DNA of 13,543 nt from Azolla caroliniana (lineage: Eukaryota; Plantae; Polypodiophyta), in NCBI GenBank assembly GCA_043228905.1, contig JBHGNT010000943.1, forward strand, positions 1-13,543. The letters run 5' to 3'. The notes under the pieces were generated by a model. That model saw only the letters and a program-made list of their open reading frames with translations. It had not been told where the DNA came from and made no database searches. The position numbers and the translations under genes are program-made. Position 1 is the first letter of the stretch, and each line of letters starts with the position of its first letter. Positions 1-9,281 of the stretch are shown here, one piece after another.

Positions 1-38
1 AATAATTTATACGTTTGTCCATGCGTTTTCTGATACAG

Positions 39-263
39 ATCGGAGCTCCTCCGGAGGTGATATCGAGGCTGGATGAGATCAGAGAAGAGTATAATCGATC
101 TCATCGTCGCCATGATCATCAAGATCACGATCATGATCCTGATCTTGATCATGATGATAAGAATCATCATCCATTACTGTTAATGGCGAGCTCTGCGGCC
201 CCAACCGCCACTAACAGCACAGCCTCTGCTGTAGGAGATGATCCCGAGCTTGATGAATTCATG
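39..263 (+). CDS. KNOX1: KNOX exon A: end of KNOX1 domain, His/Asp-rich linker, start of KNOX2 domain
   Basis: Acceptor ttttctgatacAG at 37-38. Translation [13 protein letters not shown]...[10 protein letters not shown]. Donor GTAATT at 264. Matches the conserved CQK|VGAPP and DQFM|EAY intron positions. Confidence 0.93.
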
Positions 264-3200
264 GTAATTTATGTCAGAGTGGGCCACTCGCGCACTGACA
301 GAAAAAAGAGAGACAGCGAAATGATTTACCGAATCTCAGAATGCGATATAATTTTTTTAAATTTTCTCTTATTATTGATTTAAAATTACTCAGAATGCGA
401 TATAATTTTTTAAAATCTTCTCTTATTATTGATTTAAAATTACTCAGAATTCGATATAAATTTTCTAATTTTCTCTTATTATTGATTTAAAATTATTCAG
501 AATGCGATATAAATTTTTTTAATTTTCTCTTAAAATTGATATAAAATTACTCAGAATGGGATATAAATTTATTAATTTTCTCTTAAAATTGATATAAAAT
601 TACTCAGAATGCTCTTATTATTGATCTAAAAATTACTAAATAATCTACTTGAAGATAGAGTTATATAGATTTGCGCAGAAGAAGTGTGAAAAATCAGAGA
701 ATTAGGTCTGCATAATAATTCCCTGTGGAGATAGGGGGTGAATTTTTCTGAGATTAAATTTTTTTTGGGGGGTTTAATTTGATGATTAGCACGTGTATTC
801 GGAGGTGCTGGAGCGGCAGGTGGGTGGAATCAGTACGTGCCTGGAGGAAGCGCAGGCGTTTCTGAAGCGAATGGAGGCGCAGCTCCTCATCACCCTCTCC
901 TCCCTGCACAGACCTAATTCCAAAAACGACCCAGGTACCTTGGCTTCCCCTCACCATCACAAATTAGGGTTTTGATTGTGTTTTGTGTTCCCATTAATTA
1001 GGGTTTCTTTATCTACAAATTATAGTGCATACAAATTAGGGTGTTGATTGTGTTTTGTGTTCCCATTAATTAGGGCTTCGATATCTACAAATTATAGTGC
1101 ATACAAATTAGGGTGTTGATTGTGTTTTTTGTTGCCATTAATTAGGGCTTCTATATCTACAAATTATAGTACATATAAATTAGGGTGTTGATTGTGTTTT
1201 GTGTTCCCATTAATTAGGGCTTCGATATCTACAAATTATAGTGCATACAAATTAGGGTGTTGATTGTGTTTTGTATTCCCATTAATTAGGGTTAGGGTTT
1301 CTATATCTACATATTATAGTACATACAAATATATCAGGATGTTGATTGTGTTTTGTGTTCCTATTAATTAGGGCTTCTGTATTTACAAATTATAGCACAT
1401 ACAAATTAGGGTATTAATAGTGCTATGTTCCCATAAATTAGGGTTTCTATATCTATATATTATAGTACATACAAATATATCAGGGTGTTGATTGTGTTTT
1501 CCGTTCCCATTAATTAGCGCTTCTATATCTACAAATTATAGTAGATACAAATTAGGGTATCTATAGTGCTATGTTCCCATAAATTAGGGTTTCTATATCT
1601 ACAAATTATAGTACATACATCAATGAGGGTATGATAGTGCGGTGTTCACATAAATTAGGGTTTCTGTATCCACAAATTATAGTACATGCAAAACTAGGGT
1701 ATGATAGTGTTGTGTTCCCATTAATAAGGATTTCTATATCTACAAATTATAGTACATACAAATTAGGGTATGGTATGGCTGTGTTCCCATTAATTAGGGT
1801 TTCTATATCTAGAAAATTATAATACATACATCAATTAGGGTATGATAGTGCGGTGTTCCCATAAATTAGGGTTTCTATATCTACAACAGACCTCCTGATT
1901 GCTGGGTTCGTTGATGCATCTCCATCATTTTGTCTTTGGAGGCTTAGTTATATAGCTACATGCAGGTGCCATCACGTTATCTATCCATCTCAGGCCATCA
2001 ATTAGGTCTCAATCATGGAACTATTAGTGATGATTGATGGAGCTGATCTATGCCATCTACATTGATCCGTAATCAGATTCTGAGTTTGATTAAAGATCGA
2101 GTAGTTGCAATACAGTTTGATACAAATCATTGCGAGGAAGATTATTATATATATAATCCTGGGCCCATGAAATGGCAATATAGGACATGTCAATGCACCT
2201 CCACACAAACTTTAGTTTCTTCGCTAATTTTATTCATGGATGCTCGGACATTCGAATCGTCAAGCATTTGAAGCAGAGAACTGTAGGACTGGTTGTTTCA
2301 AGCTAATTTGCAGAAGTTTTAAGTTAATGCAGAGGCCCGGAAATTACCTCCTCCAATACCGTTTTCATATGTCTAAATTATGATGCAGACTATGGTGCCA
2401 ATTTGGCTGCATTATAGTAGATTCAATCCTTTTATAATGATGCATGCTTCTCTTAATCCATCAAGTAATTGGCCCTCAGTAATCCTTAGCTCATGGCAGA
2501 AATTAAAGAAAAGTTTGGAATAAATTTCTAAAACTCACGCAATTTGAAAATGCCTTGTGGACATCAAATATCATTTCATAAGACAGCCAATCAAAGAGAA
2601 TAAATCGACATTGGACTATACATACATTACATTAGTCTTATGTGGCTGGATTTCTTAATTAATCAGCAAAGGCCCTACTCACATACCAGTCATGAAAAGT
2701 TAGGTCTGCATAGATTACCACTTAATAGGGTTGTGGAAATAAACGAATTAAAAATCAAATAAAGCAATTAAAAACGATATGAAAATAATAACTAATGTTT
2801 TTGAGAAGGTGCTCCCTAATTAAAAGTGGTGTAATTTAATGATATATGTATATATATTAAAACATATGGTTGAAAGGTTAGGGTTTTTAACACGACCTTA
2901 TGCCCTTCTTCTTTATAGCCTCTTCGTAGATAAAACTGTAAACCCTTTACAAAGTTTCCTTAACTGTGATTCCTGATATTTTTAAATGAAGATCATATCA
3001 TGTTCTACAATTTAGCATTCTCAGCCTCCAAATTCGTGCATTGAAGAGAATAGACATGGTGCTCTGAATTTATTTTAGTAAATGCAAGTTAAGACATGCT
3101 GGATTCATGCTTGTTATAACAAGGTTTGCTAGGAATATGGATGTAATTCACTCTCAATCATATATTGCCTCAATTGGTCAAGCATATCCCATCAGTATCA

Positions 3201-6200
3201 ATTTATGACCATGGCGTTAACATTACCGTCTGGCTCTTGTCAGGTTTTGGATTTTCTAGGTATGAATAGCTTAGTTTGGAAAGAAAAGCTTGGTAGTGAC
3301 TTAAATCTGTATGAGACTGTACTCATTGCCCTGTCTTTTGGAGTAATGCGAACAGTTAGTAGTAATATTGTATCTTGATTTCCTATCAAATCAGTAGTGG
3401 ATGCAAATTCGGTTGAATATGCTTTGATCTATTGCATTCCTGCAACACATAATGCTTCAAATGATCGATTCGGTTGAATATACTTTGATCTATTACATAA
3501 TGCTTGGTAGTGACTTAAATCTGTATGAGAATGCATTCATTGCCCAGTACTTGCATTAATATCTGTATACTGCATTCCTGCAACACATAATGCTTTGATC
3601 TATTATACATAAGGCGGTTAAAAAGAGATTTATGAAGGGTGCATGCATCTTTGATGTGTGTGAGTAAACCCTAAACCCTAAACCCTAAACCCACTCAGGT
3701 GTCCCAGCATTGATATAACCACTTAGAAGTAACTTCAGTTTGAATCTTGGCTGATATATATATGTATAATATGTATGTGGTAGTCTGTGCTACTATCTTA
3801 TGTTGATTAGGGTTCTTGGATTTGATTTGTTTATGGCGTTTTTTTTGTTTCACTTTTGGTGGGAATGATTAAAGATGATCATGTCAATGTTACCATGGCT
3901 GAAAAATGATTAATCTCTAATTATAACATCATTTCCTGCTGCAGGGGGAACGAATTCTAATATGAATAGTGGGGATGAGGAAGAGATCTTAGAGGATGGG
4001 AGCTGTTGTGAAGCAGATTACAAGAACATGAATGTGAACATAATGACGATGGGCACCGCTAATACCAATACCAATGAATCAGAACTGCAACAATTACAAC
4101 AACAGGCATTATTAAACCACATACAAATGAATACTAATCATAATAATCATAACATGCCTACCACTACTGCTAATTATAATGATGGTAATCACACTAATAA
4201 ACCTAATAATGCTATTATGGATGATGATGATGATGACGATGAGAATGAGGATGATGGCGTGGACGATGAGGCGAAGATTCGGATGAATATGGGTAGCATG
4301 AATGGCATGATCGATCCGGTGCTGGCTCATGAAGATCAAGTGCAGCTAAAGCAGCAGCTGTTGAGGAAATACAGTGGGTTTATGATCTGTAGCTTGAAGA
4401 AAGAGTTCCTGAAGCGGAAGAAGAAAGGCAAGCTACCCAAAGAAGCAAGGCAGAAGCTCTTGGAATGGTGGACACAACATTACAAGTGGCCATATCCATC
4501 AGTAAGTCAAAATCATAATACAATAATATTCAATTATCAGTTATTAAGATTTGTGCATATGCATTATACATGGATTTGTGCAATATGTATTATGTCAGTT
4601 TACGATTTTGTGCATATGCATTATACATGACAGATCTGTGTTTATTTCAATATGATCTTAATCATGCCTGTATAGCAGTGTCACCATTCATCATGTCTTC
4701 ATGATACATGGATGATGGATATGTCAAATCATAATACATTAATTCAATTGTTGCATAGATATTCAATTGTTCAGTTAAGAATTTTTTTGTGCATATGCAT
4801 TATACATGGATTTGTGCAATATGTGTTATGTCAGTTAAGATTTGTGCATATGCATTATACATGACAGAATCTGTGTTTTATTTCAATATGATCTTCATCA
4901 TGCCTGTATAGCATTGCCACCATTCATCATCATTCATCATCTCTGCATGAATACATTATGTATTCATGATCGTACCCACTGTAATATAGCTATGGGGAAT
5001 TAACTGAAATAAAAAGAAGAAGAAAGTACATTGGTCAAATTCCTGTAAGTTAGGGTTTTTTTTGTAAGGACCAAGAACTTGTCAATTCTTCATTCTTTGC
5101 TTTCGTGTGATCTCTCATCACACGTCTCTTCATTAATTGTGATTGCAACACAGCATTTTGTGCACTTAATTTTTTACACGAGAACCATTAGAATTTATTT
5201 ATTTTTTTGTTTTTCCTATTTTATGTGTTTTTCTGGGTTTTGGTCTGAGTTAAGCATGTGGGCCAAATTTAGGCCAGCATTTAGCTCCATTTTGGGTTGA
5301 ACTGTCTACATTCATAATATATCTTCTGGCAGTACAGAGCTTTTTAGAAGAAACTCTGTCTAATCTATATTAAAGACTGCAGCAGGCATTTATGCCTAAG
5401 ATTTTGCTCAACAAACTTCAGTATTTATTTGTTTGTATACATAGACCATACATCTGTACATTATAAAACTAACTGCATTCATCATCAACAACACACATTT
5501 TGTTCTCTCAGCTTTTATTTATTTATTGCAGCATTGGAATCCGATCCAATCTTATGCTATGCATTTTGAATTTATATTCCGGTGACTGACAGAAATTAGA
5601 TTGTGTTAAAACTCTTTTGAACAGGAAATCGCCCCGATAATGTATTAATGTTTTTCTGCATTTTATTGCTGTTTCATTGTGTTTTTTTTTTGTTTCTCAG
5701 CATCATTATCATATGTATATATACCTCCCTTTGAGTTCCATATCTTAATGCATTGCATATTCTGGTGATGGAGAAGATCAACTGGTTTTTTTCACTTGTA
5801 TCCATATCTTAATGCATTGCATATTCTGGTGATACAGAAGATCAAGTAGTTTTTTTTCACTTGTATCCATATCTTAATGCATGGCATATTCTGGTGATAG
5901 ATAGAGATCAAGTGGTTTTTTTTCACTTGTGTCCATATGCATAACGTAATGCATTGCATGTTCTGGTGATAGATAGAGATCAAGTGGTTTTTTTCACTTG
6001 TATCCATCCATATCTTCATGCATTGCATGTTCTGGTGATAGATAGAGATCAACTGGTCTTTTTTTTACTTGTCTTTTTATGTATGTCATGGTGATGAATT
6101 GGTAAATGGCATTAGGAGAATGAGAAGGCGGCGCTTGCAGAGGTGACGGGATTGAATCAGAAGCAGATCAACAACTGGTTCATAAATCAGCGGAAGCGGC

Positions 6201-6439
6201 ATTGGAAGCCTTCGGAAGATCTACATTATGTGATGATCGACACGAATGATCTCCACAATTCCGGCCCGCAAATGGCGATGCCGAACATGAATATGAATAC
6301 GAATATGAATATGAATGCTTCGGCATCGGCCCCGAATCTCCACAATCACAACATGCCGCACCTTAACAACAATAACACTCATGATATTCTCAGCTTCGGA
6401 CAAACCTCCGCTACCAATGCCGCCTCTGGCCTTCTGTAA
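39..6439 (+). CDS. KNOX1: Class I KNOX (KNOTTED1-like) TALE homeodomain transcription factor, 5'-partial, spliced CDS join(39..263,790..934,3945..4501,6116..6439)
   Basis: Exon lengths 225+145+557+324=1251 nt = 416 aa + TAA. All three introns are GT..AG with compatible phases (0, 1, 0) at positions conserved in KNOX genes. Motifs: [18 protein letters not shown]2 helix, ELK, and a homeodomain ending [10 protein letters not shown] (class I; class II usually has KRNW). The symbol denotes the class, not a specific orthologue. Confidence 0.96.
335..637. repeat. AT-rich intronic minisatellite, ~54-bp unit, ~5.5 copies
   Basis: (C/T)TCAGAAT unit starts at about 335, 389, 443, 496, 550 and 603. Unit approximately ctcagaatgcgatataatttttttaaattttctcttattattgatttaaaatta. 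Confidence 0.92.
790..934 (+). CDS. KNOX1: KNOX exon B: KNOX2 domain helix (divergent)
   Basis: Acceptor attAG at 788-789. [32 protein letters not shown] aligns without gaps to the consensus EAYCEMLVKYKEELTRPFKEAMAFLKKIEAQL. Donor CAG|GTAC at 935 (phase 1). GC-rich island in AT-rich introns. Confidence 0.88.
961..1886. repeat. Intronic minisatellite, 72-bp unit, ~12-13 copies, containing TTAGGG and telobox motifs
   Basis: Units start at 961, 1033, 1105, 1177 and onward. Unit aaattagggtgttgattgtgttttgtgttcccattaattagggyttctatatctacaaattatagtrcatac. Confidence 0.95.
3288..3605. repeat. Patchwork of short local duplications
   Basis: 3288-3331 ~ 3502-3545; 3407-3433 ~ 3468-3494; 3433-3457 = 3571-3595. 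Confidence 0.8.
3665..3692. repeat. Interstitial plant-type telomeric repeat (TAAACCC)4, i.e. tandem teloboxes
   Basis: taaaccctaaaccctaaaccctaaaccc is the reverse complement of the TTTAGGG telomere repeat. Confidence 0.9.
3945..4501 (+). CDS. KNOX1: KNOX exon C: GSE-like acidic region, low-complexity insert, ELK domain, N-terminal half of homeodomain
   Basis: Acceptor tttcctgctgcAG at 3943-3944; a phase-1 join puts it in frame with ORF 3962. Encodes [12 protein letters not shown]...[28 protein letters not shown]. Donor GTAAGT at 4502. Confidence 0.96.
4506..4930. repeat. Imperfect tandem duplication (~200 bp x2) at the start of the homeodomain intron
   Basis: About 4506-4695 is repeated at about 4723-4930. 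Each copy has two ttgtgcatatgcattatacatg sub-repeats and ends gcctgtatagca..caccattcatcat. Confidence 0.88.
5737..6072. repeat. Intronic minisatellite, ~64-66-bp unit, 5 copies
   Basis: Unit tccatatcttaatgcattgcatattctggtgat(r)gagaagatcaa(s)tggtttttttcacttgta starts at about 5737, 5801, 5866, 5932 and 6007. It explains the repetitive ORF 5792..6052. Confidence 0.93.
6116..6439 (+). CDS. KNOX1: KNOX terminal exon: C-terminal half of homeodomain and Asn/Met/His-rich tail
   Basis: Acceptor attAG at 6114-6115. [35 protein letters not shown], stop TAA at 6437-6439. Confidence 0.96.
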   Translation, partial: ENEKAALAEVTGLNQKQINNWFINQRKRHWKPSEDLHYVMIDTNDLHNSGPQMAMPNMNMNTNMNMNASASAPNLHNHNMPHLNNNNTHDILSFGQTSATNAASGLL

Positions 6440-8336
6440 ACCTCGGGGCAGCGCCACCAAGCTAACCATGAATCTCACTCACAACTCAACACAAAAAAAG
6501 TCCCTAGATTGTGTTGAGAGAAAAACACAAAAGAAAAAATATAGATCACATGAAACATTTTGCCCTAATCTAACCAAACTGTAGAATTGAAATGGAACGA
6601 CATTCTTCGGAAAAATGTCGCTCTTGGTTCTTTCGTGGCCATACTTTTGATGCAATCTTTCCCACTAGGTCCCATTTGAACAGCTTGAAAAACACTCGCA
6701 TTCCCTCTTATCTTATTTTATACTCGTATAAGGGAGAGTGGTCTTTTTCGGTATCTTCGCCTTATCATATTTGTACTCTTCGCATAAGGGGGAGTGGTTT
6801 TTCCAATATCTTCACTTATATGGAGGAACATTGCCATGATTTCATGCATGGCACAATGTAGTGGGTAGTTTATTGGTCTTACTCCTCAAAATCTCTTCCC
6901 CCTCACCCCCTATGTTAACCACATTTTTTGCATGTATCAATTATGATAGGAAATCATGAAGAGAACCAATAACTATAATTAAGTCACTTAGTAGTTAGTT
7001 ATAAACACTAGTAGTTAAACCTCTTTTTTGTAACAATGGTGGATGCAGCAATCGTTCATGTAAATTGATATTACCTGGAGTATATACATATTCTTGTATT
7101 GAATGTTGTGTTTGAAGCATTTAAAGCGAAAGAGAGGAGGATGTTTAGCTTTATTGTTTTCAGCTTGTCGACATTTAAATAAACTTAACAAAATCTAAAC
7201 TAAAAACTATGCACGCAATGTATGCTAATGGAGCCCCATTTTGAACACTCCCTTGGTGAATTATACCATTTGTATAGGAGGATATTGGACTTGAGCTTGC
7301 CTTATTTATTTTTCATTGTAGGATCAATGTTAACATTGTCTTCTTCCAACCTCAACTTTGACAAAAGAGTGAACTTTATAGTAATTAGGCATTGCTACTA
7401 ATCAACAAACAATATTGACTTTGGAATATTGCATGGAATTTGTGTATTAGCACAATTTGTGTTACATGTTATTTATCATTGTATCACCAATGTCAACATG
7501 GTCTTCTTGCTACCTCAAAGCGGAAAAAAAGAGTGTCTCCTAGTTCTTTGGTATGGTTACTAGTCGCTGAATAAAAATGATTCGTTAAGTTTCCAAATTT
7601 TGGTTATGGAGATATTGCCATCCAATGTTATGATTAGTAAGGTCATGTTGATTGAAAAATATTTTAAAGATTGATTGTTTATTGTGAACACGAAACGATT
7701 TCATATAAATGTTTCCACGCTTTAAGCCTATGGATGATCGCAAAAAGTTCTTTGGTTGGATTTAAATAACATCAAATTGAGTGTATAATATTCCTATCAT
7801 CTAAAAATAATTTCCTTAATAAGTAATTGTATGATTCATTCTTCACGTTTCCAATTTTCAATGGAAATCAAGAGTGATTTATAATCTTCACTTTAGTCTC
7901 TTCATAATTATTAGTTGTAGAAAACATAACATACAATACGTAAGTTACGTATTGTAAAAGTATTCTACCTTTTTACTTAAATACTTACATTTTATAGATA
8001 AAATACATTAAATAGTTCAATATTTTTGTGGAAATGTTAAATGCTTGTTAATTATGTAGAATATCTGAAACACTTTTAAATGTTAGTTCTAAAATGTAGA
8101 ATACTTCAAAGCACTCTAAAATGTATTCTAAAGATGTGCGTTTTCTCTCTAAGAGTGTGGATCACATTGAATAATATGATAGTCATTAGATGGAAACAAA
8201 AAAGAGGGCTTCGTTATGCATTTGACAACATATGTAAGGGTTGGGTTCTCAAGAAATACTTGTTTCTTACACGTGCGTGACACTTGTATAGGGAATTATG
8301 GCTCTTTAGGGTTGCCAACCTCCACATGAGGCATGA

Positions 8337-8364
8337 TATCTATCCATCTATCCATCTATCTATA
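8337..8364. repeat. Imperfect (TATC/CATC)n microsatellite
   Basis: tatctatccatctatccatctatctata. Confidence 0.7.
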
Positions 8365-8629
8365 TAAAATAAACATAGACAAACAACTTACCTCCACCTA
8401 GCAAGAGAGCCAAGACATGCTCAATCCTATACATTAAGAATTTAGTACGCACAAACATGACTTCTACAATCAATTGTGCCATACCACCAATCCACATGTA
8501 GTGGAAGGAAGAGAAGTTTACTCATGAAATAGGAGATTCATTGATGGCATTTGGAGGTTAGTGACGCATGTCTTCTTCTCCATTTCAAAAATAATTTTTA
8601 TGCTCAAACCTAACTCTAAGGATTCTCAC

Positions 8630-8754
8630 CAAGCAAAACTAACGATCATCCTTATCCTCTAAACAATTTTGATTTAAATAGTGCTTCTCACCTTTGTTAT
8701 CAAGCAAAACTTGTCATCATCCTTATTATGTAAATAGTTTTGATTTAAAAAGTG
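8630..8754. repeat. Diverged direct repeat, two ~54-bp copies 71 bp apart
   Basis: caagcaaaact...atcatccttat...ttttgatttaaa(t/a)agtg at 8630-8683 and 8701-8754. Confidence 0.75.
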
Positions 8755-8856
8755 TGTTACTTTTATCATTTGATTTTCGACTTCCATGATGTTTTATTAT
8801 ATTTTATGCTATGGCTTTACGGGTATGACCATAATTTATCCCATTTTAGTTTGTAT

Positions 8857-9281
8857 TGTAGTATTCTACACATGAGAATAAAAGTGCGAGGGTTAAAGTG
8901 TAAAGACGGGGGGATTACTTATAATCCTAAAAATTGAGACAACCCATAAGGGCAATTTGTGAACTTGCTTGGGTGCCTTAGGTTTGGCTATAAATATGAG
9001 GCCTAGCTACCCTCATTAGGAACATTATTGGACTACGTCGAGACTATGACCCTACGGTGAACAGACTCTTGTGGTGAGCATGCGCTAGTACTTGGTACGA
9101 CTCGATGCCATGGTGATGGTATGGGACACGATCAAGGGTCAGGTCCGTCTTGATCCCTTTGATCAGGGGTGTTCGCGTGGATCGTCACCCTTCTTTCCCT
9201 CTCTTCCTCTTTATCATCTATCGTTTAATTCATTGTCTTAGGCTTACATTGAAAATAATCTCTAACATATGGTATCAAAGT
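8857..9281 (+). mobile_element. Putative retrotransposon 5' LTR with tRNA-iMet primer binding site (remnant)
   Basis: The LTR end ...tctaaCA at 9267 is followed after 2 nt by TGGTATCAAAGT (9270-9281; canonical TGGTATCAGAGC). TATA-like ctataaata near 8988. The 5' boundary (TGTAG at 8857) is tentative. Confidence 0.65.

Noticed and set aside
15-383. ORFs 15..383, 793..975, 3962..4630 and 6143..6439 as separate genes
   Set aside because: They are exons of one KNOX gene with intronic read-through at their ends.
961-1886. CRISPR-like regular array (also 335-637 and 5737-6072)
   Set aside because: Whole units repeat with no unique spacers, no cas genes are present, and the context is a eukaryotic intron. 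These are minisatellites.
2002-2140. Faint resemblance of [14 protein letters not shown] to DEDD/ISG20-type exonucleases
   Set aside because: The GH motif and catalytic residues are missing and there are in-frame stops; too weak to call.
3665-3692. Chromosome end or telomere fusion site
   Set aside because: Only 28 bp, inside an intact gene's intron, with no head-to-head arrays.
5792-6052. Repeat-protein-like ORFs 5792..6052 and 1631..1822
   Set aside because: They are translations of intronic minisatellites.
4112-6584. Overlapping ORFs 4112..4339(-), 6221..6478(-), 6315..6584(+), and also 754..960(-)
   Set aside because: Shadow frames of low-complexity or GC-rich exons, with no recognisable motifs.
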